The notes under the pieces: model-generated
The model's database searches: none
The model's input: only the letters and a program-made list of their open reading frames with translations
What the model was told of the DNA's origin: nothing
From: Promethearchaeota archaeon
GTDB taxonomy: Archaea; Asgardarchaeota; Lokiarchaeia; Sigyniarchaeales; SOKP01
NCBI GenBank assembly: GCA_018238625.1
Contig: JABCSY010000013.1
Location: 1 to 57,099 of the forward strand
Length of the DNA stretch: 57,099 bases
Direction: 5' to 3'
Program-made: the position numbers and the translations under genes
Part shown: positions 40,510-50,175 of the stretch, piece after piece
Position numbering within the stretch: position 1 is the stretch's first letter
How the letters are laid out: each line of letters begins with the position of its first letter

Positions 40510-42261
40510 TTACAATTTACTACCACACTTATTACAAAACGCATAATCAGAAGATAAAATTGCCCCACATTGTTCACAAACTAAGAGATCTTTAGATTTT
40601 GGCTCTGTTTTCTCTTCTTGAACAGTCTGGGTGGAAGTAAATGCTGTAAACTTACTAGGTTCGCTTTCAATATCAGCAACATTAGGTATTATTCTCAATT
40701 TAGATTTTTCTTCCTCAGATTTTTTGGTTGCACTAAATGGTATGAAGGGAGTACTTTGATCAATAGAATTTTCTTCAAATTTTTGAGTGAGTGTTTGAAA
40801 TAATGAACTTGCTTTAGGGTTCGTGTCAAAAGGAGGAGTGGGGGGGATTGATTTTGAAGTTTTATGTTCGACATGCTTTTCCTTCTTTTCTTTCTTTAAT
40901 TCTTTCATATCCTCAAGTAATTTTTCTTGCTTTTCCCGAGCTTCGATGTTTTTCTTTTCTTTTTCTTGTTTCTTTTTCTCTTTAGCAATTTTTTTCATTT
41001 CTTTTTTAGATAAAATAGTTTGAGGCATATAATCGATTAATGATTCTGATGAAGATGGTTGGGTTTTTGAAGTTTGAAAAAGTGGAGTTACGCTTGTTGG
41101 TTCTGCTTTTGGTTCCGGAACAGGCTCAAATGTCATAGAAGCAGGTTGAGGTTTTGGCGGTTCCTCTCTTTTCATTACGCGAAATGGTGTTTGAGTTGAA
41201 GAACCTACTTCTGATGTTTCAGGTTTATCCGTTTGAAATTCCTTGGGTGGAGTCGCCGGTACTGGACTGTTTGAAGAAAATGGTATTGTTGGGGGTTTAT
41301 AAACTTCACTTTCAACAGGTGAGGATTCAGGAAATATTGAAGGTCGTATTTCAGGTTCTATTTTCTTAGCTTTTTGAAGTAAAATTTCATCAGGCGTTTT
41401 AAATTCAATTTCCGTTGGTTCAGGCATTGATATTTCTGGTTCTGGTTGAGGTTCAAATGTTTGAACGGGTTCTGGAACAGGGGGAGCCTCATATTCAACC
41501 TCTGGTTCGGGTTCAAAAGATGGCATTTGTTCTGTCGCTTTTGTGGCCGTGGGTTCTGGAACAGGGGGGGCCCCATATTCAATTTCAGGTTCGAGTTCAA
41601 AAGATTGTATCGGCTCAGGAACGAGTGGCGCTAAATACGAGTCTGTGGGTTCAGAAGCAGTTTCGCTAGGTGGTGGTGGGACGTCTCCTGGTGTAAAGAC
41701 GGTTGCATTGGCGATAAATTGTTCAGGTACACCTTGTCCTATCATTAGGCAAGCAAGAATATAAAAACAATCTCCAACTCCATCACCGGTTTTAGCTGAA
41801 GTCTCCATATAATACAAGTTAAAATCTCTAGTAAAATTACCAATTTCTTCAATTGATACTGCTCTTTGATCAATCAAATCGCTTTTATTCCCAACAAGTA
41901 ATATAGGGATGTCGGCTTTGATATTAGATCTAACTTCTTCAATCCATTGAGGTAAATGTTCAAAACTTGCAGAATTAGTAAGATCAAAAACTAATACTGT
42001 ACCTAACGATCCTCGATAATACATTGGTCTTATGGAACTAAAACGCTCTTGACCGCCTGTGTCCCAAAGTTGAAGTTTACACTTAATTAGCCCTTCTGCA
42101 GTCTCTATTGCTATTGTTTTTACATGAAAATCAACTCCAATAGTCATCTTGTAATCTTCTGTAAAGAAACCCTTTGAAAATCGAAGAGTTAGAGCAGTTT
42201 TACCAACTCCACCATCTCCTACCACAATTGATTTAAAAAGATAATCATACTCTTCAACCAT
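40510..42261 (-). CDS. Rab-like GTPase with long Pro/Glu-rich linker, coiled coil and C-terminal zinc ribbon
   Basis: EYDYLFK, GDGGVGKT, IGVDF, KLQLWDTGGQERF, YYRG, NKSD, ETSAK; ends in CEQCG...CNKCG. Confidence 0.9.
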   Translation of the reverse strand: MVEEYDYLFKSIVVGDGGVGKTALTLRFSKGFFTEDYKMTIGVDFHVKTIAIETAEGLIKCKLQLWDTGGQERFSSIRPMYYRGSLGTVLVFDLTNSASFEHLPQWIEEVRSNIKADIPILLVGNKSDLIDQRAVSIEEIGNFTRDFNLYYMETSAKTGDGVGDCFYILACLMIGQGVPEQFIANATVFTPGDVPPPPSETASEPTDSYLAPLVPEPIQSFELEPEIEYGAPPVPEPTATKATEQMPSFEPEPEVEYEAPPVPEPVQTFEPQPEPEISMPEPTEIEFKTPDEILLQKAKKIEPEIRPSIFPESSPVESEVYKPPTIPFSSNSPVPATPPKEFQTDKPETSEVGSSTQTPFRVMKREEPPKPQPASMTFEPVPEPKAEPTSVTPLFQTSKTQPSSSESLIDYMPQTILSKKEMKKIAKEKKKQEKEKKNIEAREKQEKLLEDMKELKKEKKEKHVEHKTSKSIPPTPPFDTNPKASSLFQTLTQKFEENSIDQSTPFIPFSATKKSEEEKSKLRIIPNVADIESEPSKFTAFTSTQTVQEEKTEPKSKDLLVCEQCGAILSSDYAFCNKCGSKL

Positions 42262-42497
42262 ATCAGTCTACCAATACTATAATTAATAATTATTTCTTTA
42301 TCCTATTGTATTTAATCAAATTTCAGTGTATTATTATAATTAATAAAAATTTAATTAATTATACTTTTGGAAAAATTTCAAATATTTAGTTAAATTTGCT
42401 CTAGAATTAGTGTTGATTAATAGATTGATTAACCAAGGAATATATGGATGTAATATTCTAAACATGAATAATTAGCTCTTTTTCTAAAAAATAGATG

Positions 42498-43385
42498 TTA
42501 TTCCGATATTTTGTTAGATTCTTCCTCGATTTCAACGCTTTCAAACCATTTATTAATCTCATCCAAGTCTTGTTGCGGAAAGTCGTAAGAATGTTCTTTA
42601 TCTGGGTATAATCCCTTTTCTACCTCATTTTTATAACTTCCTAAAGCGTTTCGGACTGAGCTTCCAATATCAGCAAAGTATTTGAGAAATTTTGGCTTAA
42701 AGTCAGTAAAAAGTCCTAACATATCATTTATAACTAAAATTTGACCATCACAATAAGACCCCGCACCAATACCAATAGTAGGAACATTAACAGCTTTAGT
42801 TATTAATTTGGCAATTTGCCAAGGAATGCTTTCTAAAACTATAGAAAAAACACCCGTTTTTTCTAAATTTTTTGCATCCATTATTAACTTTTTTGCGGCT
42901 TCTACTGTTTTTCCTTGAACTAAGAAACCGCCAAATTCGTATATGGCTTGAGGAGTAAGCCCAATATGCCCCATCACTTGTATATCTGCATCAATAATAG
43001 CTTTTATCGTGGGACAAATCTTAGTCCCGCCCTCAACTTTGACGGCTTCAGCGCCCCCTTCTTGAATAAACCTTCCAGCGTTTTTCACAGCTTCTTTAAT
43101 ATCAATCTTGTACGATAAAAAAGGCATATCCGCAACTATCATAGCATTAGAAACTCCACGTGCCACTGCTTTAGTATGATGAATCATTTCATCCATCGTA
43201 ACTGATAAAGTATTCTTATACCCAAGCACTACCATGGAGAGAGAATCGCCTACGAGAATTAAGTCAATTCCGCAATCATCAACGATTTTAGCAAATGAAT
43301 AATCATATGATGTAATAGTTACTATTTTTTCCCCGCTTTTTTTTTTTTCAATAATTTTTTTAGCTGTTATTTTTTGTAGGGCCAT
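42498..43385 (-). CDS. panB: 3-methyl-2-oxobutanoate hydroxymethyltransferase
   Basis: TSYD, LVGDSL, ADMPF, VKVEGG, GHIGLTPQ and IGIGAG. Start taken at ATG 43385 (track start 43436). Confidence 0.96.
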   Translation of the reverse strand: MALQKITAKKIIEKKKSGEKIVTITSYDYSFAKIVDDCGIDLILVGDSLSMVVLGYKNTLSVTMDEMIHHTKAVARGVSNAMIVADMPFLSYKIDIKEAVKNAGRFIQEGGAEAVKVEGGTKICPTIKAIIDADIQVMGHIGLTPQAIYEFGGFLVQGKTVEAAKKLIMDAKNLEKTGVFSIVLESIPWQIAKLITKAVNVPTIGIGAGSYCDGQILVINDMLGLFTDFKPKFLKYFADIGSSVRNALGSYKNEVEKGLYPDKEHSYDFPQQDLDEINKWFESVEIEEESNKISE

Positions 43386-43606
43386 ATATGAAGTAACCCC
43401 ATACTTTAAAAAAATGTTTTGTTTATTCATTAGCATTTTATTAGAAAGTATAAAAAAATTAAGGATAGAGGAGAGATTTGAATGGCTAATAACAACTGTA
43501 GGGGCTGTGGCTCTATCATTCTACAACTCTAACAAATGAAAAATTAAAAAGGAGCAAAAAAGGTTTTATTTGATAAGATAAAGTAACAATACCTTCTTTC
43601 AAACTA

Positions 43607-44554
43607 TTACATGAAAGTAGATAACAGGATCTTACGAAATTTTTCTAATTCTATCTTAATTTCATTAATTTTACTTGTTTGAGCACCTATCCCTATATAA
43701 AATGTATTTTCTATATTTTTACCAGAGATTATTGAATACCTTTTTACATATTCCGTTTTATCTTCGGATAAAGCTACTCTATCGTATATTTTAGCATCTT
43801 CATCTTTTAGTCTCTGAAAAAATTCAAGATCTTCGCTAATTTTACTACTAATTTTCTCTTCAAAAGCTCTTATATCCATAACATCCATGTAATGATCAGA
43901 TATGATAAGTCCCGATGCTGTGTACAAAATTGCATAGCTACAACTAAACTGATTAACGATTTTACTTAATCCTACATCAATTTCTTCTAAATTTAATAAT
44001 TTATCCAAAGAATAAGAAATTGCTTTCGAAATTGAGGAAATATCGTAGTAAGATGTGCCAAAGAATTTAAATTTCATATCTTTATTTTGGGATACAATTA
44101 AATTTTTAATCATTTCTGCTCGATCGAAAAAATCTTCACTAGATTTAAATTTTGGATCATATTTATTGAAACATATTATCACTTCGTTGGAATAATCCAA
44201 ATCTCTATAGATATCTAACAAATCGTGAAGGTATTTCACAGATTCCTCAAATTTAATTTCATCCTGAATATCTATAAGATAATAAATATAATTTGTTTCA
44301 GTAAAATATATGGGATTTCCTATGTATATTTCTCTGAATTTCTTCTGGCCACCCATATCCCAGAGATTGATTCGATAGGTTTCTATGAATTTAAAAGAAC
44401 TATAATCTATTTTTATTGTGGGCTTTAAATTTTTTACCCGTTCGTAAAAGTTATATTTTTTTCTTAAAGCAATTAACGCACTGCTTTTTCCGGCATTATC
44501 TAAACCAGCGATAACTAATTTATATTCATTTATTTCGCGATTTTCTATTGGCAT
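43607..44554 (-). CDS. Arf/Rag-like small GTPase fused to C-terminal roadblock/longin-like domain
   Basis: GLDNAGKS, PT, WDMGGQ and NKYD; C-terminal ILYTASGLIIS. Confidence 0.85.
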   Translation of the reverse strand: MPIENREINEYKLVIAGLDNAGKSSALIALRKKYNFYERVKNLKPTIKIDYSSFKFIETYRINLWDMGGQKKFREIYIGNPIYFTETNYIYYLIDIQDEIKFEESVKYLHDLLDIYRDLDYSNEVIICFNKYDPKFKSSEDFFDRAEMIKNLIVSQNKDMKFKFFGTSYYDISSISKAISYSLDKLLNLEEIDVGLSKIVNQFSCSYAILYTASGLIISDHYMDVMDIRAFEEKISSKISEDLEFFQRLKDEDAKIYDRVALSEDKTEYVKRYSIISGKNIENTFYIGIGAQTSKINEIKIELEKFRKILLSTFM

Positions 44555-44735
44555 ATTAACTAAATTTTTAATATTTTTTTTATAAAAATCTCTAAAATTA
44601 AATTATAAATCTTATTTTTTTTATTTATTTTTATGCTAAATGTAAAAAAACTCAAATTTGAAATTACAATTTTATTTTCAATAAAATTTTTTAATAAACA
44701 AATCATTAAATAACTCTGTTAAAATTAACTAGTAT

Positions 44736-45770
44736 TTGATGTATATGGACGCTAAAGATATAGATTATTATTCTCTAGGTTTTGAATATATTGAAACTAA
44801 AACTATGTTTGTTTCAGACTACAACGACGGTAAATGGGACGAAGGAAAGTTAGTCCCGTTCGGAAAGTTTGAGATTTCACCTGCTGCTTGTGTATTAAAT
44901 TACGGTCAGGGAATATTTGAGGGTATGAAAGCGTTAAGGACTAAGAATGGAGAGAAAGTTCTATTTAGACCGAAGGAAAACGCGAAAAGATTTAACGATA
45001 GTGCTAGTAGAATGTTAATGCCGAATTATGATGTAAGCAAATTCGTTGATGCGGTAAAAGATGTGGTGAGGGCAAATGAAGAATATATACCACCTTACGA
45101 TAGTGCTGGAGCACTTTACCTTCGTCCTTTAATGATTGGAAACGGTCCGATAGTTGGTGTAAAACCAGCAAAAAGTTATAAATTTATAATTTTTGCGATT
45201 CCGGTAGGACCCTATTTCCCAGAAGGATTTAGGGGTATTGATTTAGAGATTACGAAGAAGTATACTAGAGCCGCTCCAGGTGGAACTGGTGCAACCAAAA
45301 CATGTTGCAATTATGCCGGATCTATGTTAGCAGGAAAGGAAGCTAAAGAAAGGGGTTTTTCTCAAGTCATCTTTTTAGACGCAGTTCATATGGAATTTAT
45401 TGAGGAGGTTGGAGCTGCGAATTTTTTTGCTGTGATTAACGGGACCCTTGCAACTCCAAAAACAACTGGAACAATTTTGCCGGGTATTACGCGTAAATCA
45501 ATTTTAAAATTAGCTTCAAAGAAAATGGGAATAAAAATTGAAGAGCGAGATATTTCCTATAAAGAATTGTTTGAAAATTCTTGTTCTGAAGCTTTTTGTG
45601 CGGGAACTGCTGCAGTTATTACTCCGATTAAATCTATCGTTCTTGAGGATAAAAAAAGGATTTTTAGTGAAGGTGAACCTGGCGAAATTACGAGAAAGAT
45701 TTATGAATTGCTGGTGGGTATTCAACGTTTAGACATTGATGATGAATTTGGTTGGGTTGCAAAGATTTAA
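44736..45770 (+). CDS. ilvE: Branched-chain amino acid aminotransferase
   Basis: LNYGQGIFEGMKA, LYLRP, K...NYA, EEVGAAN and ILPGITR. Confidence 0.95.
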   Translation: MMYMDAKDIDYYSLGFEYIETKTMFVSDYNDGKWDEGKLVPFGKFEISPAACVLNYGQGIFEGMKALRTKNGEKVLFRPKENAKRFNDSASRMLMPNYDVSKFVDAVKDVVRANEEYIPPYDSAGALYLRPLMIGNGPIVGVKPAKSYKFIIFAIPVGPYFPEGFRGIDLEITKKYTRAAPGGTGATKTCCNYAGSMLAGKEAKERGFSQVIFLDAVHMEFIEEVGAANFFAVINGTLATPKTTGTILPGITRKSILKLASKKMGIKIEERDISYKELFENSCSEAFCAGTAAVITPIKSIVLEDKKRIFSEGEPGEITRKIYELLVGIQRLDIDDEFGWVAKI

Positions 45771-45824
45771 AAAAAATAAAGTCTACCAATAGAATTTGCT
45801 TAAACTCTTTTTTTTATGTGTTTT

Positions 45825-47018
45825 CTAATTAACCAATATTAACATTAAAGAAAAAACAGCATACAACATTCCAAAACAGATAAAAGTTGGTATAGCCACA
45901 TGTTTTAACGATTTTAAATAGTTAGTTTTAAAATAATTAATATTATAGGCTAAACAAGGGTGAAGTGGGGTAATTAAATATCCTAAATAAATTGCAAAAT
46001 AAAGAAAAACAAAATCGATTATAGGCATTGTTAGGGCTAAGTTTTGAACCAAATAAATCGGGATAAGAATCGAACTAGGTAATTGTACTCTACCAGTAGT
46101 AAAACCGAGGAAAAACCCAATACTGATGAATAAAGCAAAGGGGAGATTTAAAGCGCTAATCTGTTCAGGCACTCCAGATTCTAAGAAAATACTCAGAAAC
46201 AAAAACATTGAAATGATAAGTAGAGGAAATCTCCATACTTTCATTTTTCGCGAGATTTCTTTTATATTCAATAAATTCATTTTAGCAAACTTTAATGCGA
46301 TGGAAATGCTTATGATTAAACCTATAAAAACAAACAATTCTGGAAAGCTTATTGGGAAAAAGAGTCTTCCTAAGAAATCTATAATGGGAGCTGTGATGAG
46401 GGGAATTAAGTTATGGAAAACTATTTTTAAGTTTCGGTTTGTTGACTCTTTCGATTTATCTACTGGTTTCAGTAAAGTAAAATATCCTACAAAAACCATT
46501 AAAACAAAAGGAATTAATAAAGCTAAAACAATTATATATAGTGATATCCCAGATAGGACACTTGCTACTAGAAGAGCAGATGAGAGAGGATAAATTAAAA
46601 GTAAAACATGTCGATACCACACATTAATTGCAACTTTTCGATTAGAATCTAAAGCGGGATCTATTTGCTCTACTATTGGTGCCGACATTAATGCCCCCCC
46701 TGCCACAGGTAATAAGCCAAATAATGCGGGACTGGCCATTAAAGCAACTTTCTTAGAAACTTTCAGTTTTTGAATTAATTCAAGCATAAGTCCTGATTCT
46801 TCCATTATACCGCCTAAAATTGGTATTAATAATACTGAAAGCGCTAATAGAACAATTGAAGGATTAATAATAACTTCAATCATGGAATTAATAATGTTTA
46901 CTTGAGTCAAAAGTCCAAAAATGATTGCGCTAATGCCTAAAACAACACTTAGTTCTTTCTTTGAGAAAATTAAGATCAAAGCAATAATAATAAGAAAGCT
47001 TAATAACGGGGGAATCAC
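45825..47018 (-). CDS. DUF401-like membrane transporter
   Basis: Multi-TM; GLLPVAGGALMSAP, NVWYRH and TPLHPCL. Confidence 0.75.
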   Translation of the reverse strand: MIPPLLSFLIIIALILIFSKKELSVVLGISAIIFGLLTQVNIINSMIEVIINPSIVLLALSVLLIPILGGIMEESGLMLELIQKLKVSKKVALMASPALFGLLPVAGGALMSAPIVEQIDPALDSNRKVAINVWYRHVLLLIYPLSSALLVASVLSGISLYIIVLALLIPFVLMVFVGYFTLLKPVDKSKESTNRNLKIVFHNLIPLITAPIIDFLGRLFFPISFPELFVFIGLIISISIALKFAKMNLLNIKEISRKMKVWRFPLLIISMFLFLSIFLESGVPEQISALNLPFALFISIGFFLGFTTGRVQLPSSILIPIYLVQNLALTMPIIDFVFLYFAIYLGYLITPLHPCLAYNINYFKTNYLKSLKHVAIPTFICFGMLYAVFSLMLILVN

Positions 47019-47118
47019 ATTAAAGAAAATATTTAATTCTTTAAAAATTACTCTATAACATCTTTATGGGAGAATAGAAGATCATTTAGAAATTTCGTAA
47101 AGTCATTATAAAATAGAA

Positions 47119-47628
47119 TTAAAAGGATAGTTTTTCTATTAAAATTTCGAAAGATTTCTTGATGTTTTCCCCCGTCTTTGACGAGATCTTTACATAACTT
47201 ATAATGTTTTCATATTCGTTCTTAATTTCTGAGATAAAATCATCTATAGAGCGGGATACATAAGGATTAACCAAATCGGATTTAGTTCCTATCAACATTA
47301 TAGGAATATTTCCAAATTCTTTTAATGTAACTATCCATTCTTGAACATTTTCAATTGTATTTATTCTCGTTAAATCAAAAAGAATAAAGGCCGCGAGAGA
47401 ACCGTCGACAAAACCATTCAAAAATGTTTTGAATTGATCTTGTCCAGCAAAGTCCCACATTATAAAATTAAATTCAGTTCCATTAACAGCAATAATTTTT
47501 GAGTAAAAATCAACGCCTCTGGTTAATTGACGATTAGCATCAAAACTATCATGAACAAGCCGATTTAGAAATGAGGTTTTTCCTACTCCACCATCACCGG
47601 AAACAATGATTTTTATCGTTTTCTTCAT
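47119..47628 (-). CDS. Rab/Ras-like small GTPase
   Basis: GDGGVGKT, TRGVDF, WDFAGQ, TKSD and SSKTG. Confidence 0.9.
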   Translation of the reverse strand: MKKTIKIIVSGDGGVGKTSFLNRLVHDSFDANRQLTRGVDFYSKIIAVNGTEFNFIMWDFAGQDQFKTFLNGFVDGSLAAFILFDLTRINTIENVQEWIVTLKEFGNIPIMLIGTKSDLVNPYVSRSIDDFISEIKNEYENIISYVKISSKTGENIKKSFEILIEKLSF

Positions 47629-47771
47629 GATTATTAATATCCGTGTAGCTAAAGATTTAAAAGTTATATTTAAAATTAATTTTTGTAATATTAGAACATA
47701 AAAAAAAATAGTGGAACATCTATTGTGATTTTACAAATATGTCCAAGTAAATTAACGATGAATCAAAAGTT

Positions 47772-48284
47772 ATGTCAGTTAAAATAATAATCATAGGCGA
47801 TACACACTTAAATTCTTTTAAAGAATTGCCAAAAGAGATGGGGCAAGCTATAAAAGAAGGGGATTGGATTATTCATGCAGGGGACTATACGTCAATAGAT
47901 ACGGTAGAAGGTTTAATAAAGTGGAAAGGCGATAAATTTAAAGGAGTGTTTGGTAATGCCGATCCTTTGAGTATTAGGGAGATATTACCAGGTAAGGATA
48001 TATTAGAGATAAAGGGGAAAAAAATAGGGATCACACATCCATTCTGTGGCGGCCCTGAAACATTTATTAAGGCAAGGGTTAAAAGAGAGTTTAAGGATTA
48101 TGATGTTGATGCAATTGTATTTGGGCACACTCATGAAGCGGAAATAGTAGAATTGAATAAAGTTTTGCTGATAAACCCTGGGAAAGGGTATTTAGAACAA
48201 AATACTTTTGGAACGCCAACTTCTTTTGTCATATTAACGGTAACTGAAACTTTACAAGCAGAAATTATTAATGTTGCCCTTTAA
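47772..48284 (+). CDS. Metallophosphoesterase (YfcE/MJ0936/Vps29-like)
   Basis: GDTH, HAGD, GNAD, GHTH and NPG motifs. Confidence 0.88.
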   Translation: MSVKIIIIGDTHLNSFKELPKEMGQAIKEGDWIIHAGDYTSIDTVEGLIKWKGDKFKGVFGNADPLSIREILPGKDILEIKGKKIGITHPFCGGPETFIKARVKREFKDYDVDAIVFGHTHEAEIVELNKVLLINPGKGYLEQNTFGTPTSFVILTVTETLQAEIINVAL

Positions 48285-48443
48285 AATCATAATCAATATT
48301 TTTCAACATATTTTTTGTAGATGTGTGTAAAATTATTAAAAATAATAGGGTTTAAAAAACAATTTTATAAAATAATGATTAGAATAGATTAATAATTTCA
48401 ATTTAAACTAAATTGATTTTTTAAACTTGGAAGGTAATGAAAA

Positions 48444-49265
48444 TTGGAAAGAAAAAAGAGAGCTTTTTTGTATAGTATTCTAACAGTTATTTTAGTTTTA
48501 ATAACATCGTTTACTATATTGTTTACATTTTACTGGTCTGTTTTGGTTTCAACTCTTGCTGCTAACGAAGGCTTAATGTTAGGTTTGATTGTTATTGTTA
48601 GCAGAATTTTGATATTAGGATTTATGTCGTTCTTTCTTTATCGGAAATGGCTAAAGCAAGAAGCAATATATACCTCAGATGCTTATTTTTTATTCGGATC
48701 CTTTTTCGGTATTTTAACTTGTGGAAAAATCTACGACATCTTTTATACCCTCGCGCTTGTTTCTACGAGTTTTGATGCGGAATTTATCTTACTTTTGTTA
48801 AAAATACGGTTTTTTATAATAGTGGTAAACGTAATGCCAATCTTATATATAGGCTTAGAAGTAATCATTACATTTTTTAACATGTATAGAAATAAAGAGA
48901 TGAATAAAAAACAATTTAACAAGTTAAGATTGAGGATTATTTTAATTTTCATCTTGGTACTGGTATTAGTCATAAGCTTGGCTTCAACAACTAGTTTTCT
49001 CAGCACGATTCTTCCGTTCATCACGCTGGTAATGTTCTTAGGGATTGCTATCATGTTCTTGTTTATGTATAAAAATCAACGTTTATCCCAAGCAAATGGC
49101 TTAATTATTGGAATTGCATTTATTTGTTTTATCGCTTCTAATTTGATTCGATCAGTTCTATTAAACATACACCTCTATTATTCTGTTTTAGCTGAATTAA
49201 TCGATATTGGTGTGACTTTACTTATATTTATTGGATTTGTTACCAAACCTAAATATGCTAAATAA
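48444..49265 (+). CDS. Multi-pass membrane protein
   Basis: About 8 hydrophobic helices. Confidence 0.65.
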   Translation: MERKKRAFLYSILTVILVLITSFTILFTFYWSVLVSTLAANEGLMLGLIVIVSRILILGFMSFFLYRKWLKQEAIYTSDAYFLFGSFFGILTCGKIYDIFYTLALVSTSFDAEFILLLLKIRFFIIVVNVMPILYIGLEVIITFFNMYRNKEMNKKQFNKLRLRIILIFILVLVLVISLASTTSFLSTILPFITLVMFLGIAIMFLFMYKNQRLSQANGLIIGIAFICFIASNLIRSVLLNIHLYYSVLAELIDIGVTLLIFIGFVTKPKYAK

Positions 49266-49430
49266 TTTTTTTTTTTTTCTTGATTTAAATAAAAAGCAAA
49301 TCTAATTGGTATTTTTTATTATTCTAACAATTTTCTTTTTCATGAGTTTTTACGATTAATTTCGAGCTTTATAAACTCTAATTTAAATAAATTGTTGGAA
49401 ATTATATAATTGTAATTAAAATATTATTTA

Positions 49431-50126
49431 GTGGTTCTAATGAAGATTTCTAATAATTGGAAAAAATTTGCCTCATTATTTATAATATTTGGCCCGGTTC
49501 AATATGTAATATTTACTGCGGTAGCTATGATATTTTACGCTGGAGGAACAATGGTAAATCCCCTCAGTTTAGGATACGATTTTTGGAATAACTTTTTTAG
49601 TGATTTAGGTCGTGTTACGGCACTTTCAGGAGCTTCAAATGTTATTTCCTTTACAATATTTACAATAACTGCGTTAATACTAAGTTCTTCTATTATTCCT
49701 TTTGCTTTTGCTCTTCCAACATTTTTTGAAAATGACGAAAAACAATATCTTATCGCAAGAATTGGTTCTTTAATTAGTTTAATTTCTATCTTCTTTTTAA
49801 TTGCTACTATTCTTACCCCCTGGGATGTTTTTTCTACTTCCCATTTGATGTTTGCAAATTTGTTCAACATCACCGGGGCTATAGGAGTAATATTTTTTGC
49901 CGTTGCTGTTTTATACAATAAAAATTACCCAAATTTTTACGCTTTCATATATGGTGTGCTATTGATCATCGGTATTATTTACACTGTAGTGTTGATAGTT
50001 TTGCCAAAATCTATAACGCCAGAGGGTTTAACAATACAAGCGTCCTTGCAAAAGATTTCTCAGTATTCGTTTCTATTTTGTTTCTTAATTCAAGGTTACG
50101 GAGCTTGGAAATATCAAAAAAACTAA
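49431..50126 (+). CDS. Membrane protein (DUF998-like)
   Basis: YAGG...YDFWNNFFSDLG motif, ~6 TM. Confidence 0.6.
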   Translation: MVLMKISNNWKKFASLFIIFGPVQYVIFTAVAMIFYAGGTMVNPLSLGYDFWNNFFSDLGRVTALSGASNVISFTIFTITALILSSSIIPFAFALPTFFENDEKQYLIARIGSLISLISIFFLIATILTPWDVFSTSHLMFANLFNITGAIGVIFFAVAVLYNKNYPNFYAFIYGVLLIIGIIYTVVLIVLPKSITPEGLTIQASLQKISQYSFLFCFLIQGYGAWKYQKN

Positions 50127-50175
50127 GGAAAAACATTAAAATCTATCTAAACCTTTATTTTTGTTTTAAATGAGA

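Noticed and set aside
43463-43520. SECIS-like hairpin
   Set aside because: It lacks the AUGA/GA core, and no adjacent gene has an in-frame UGA.
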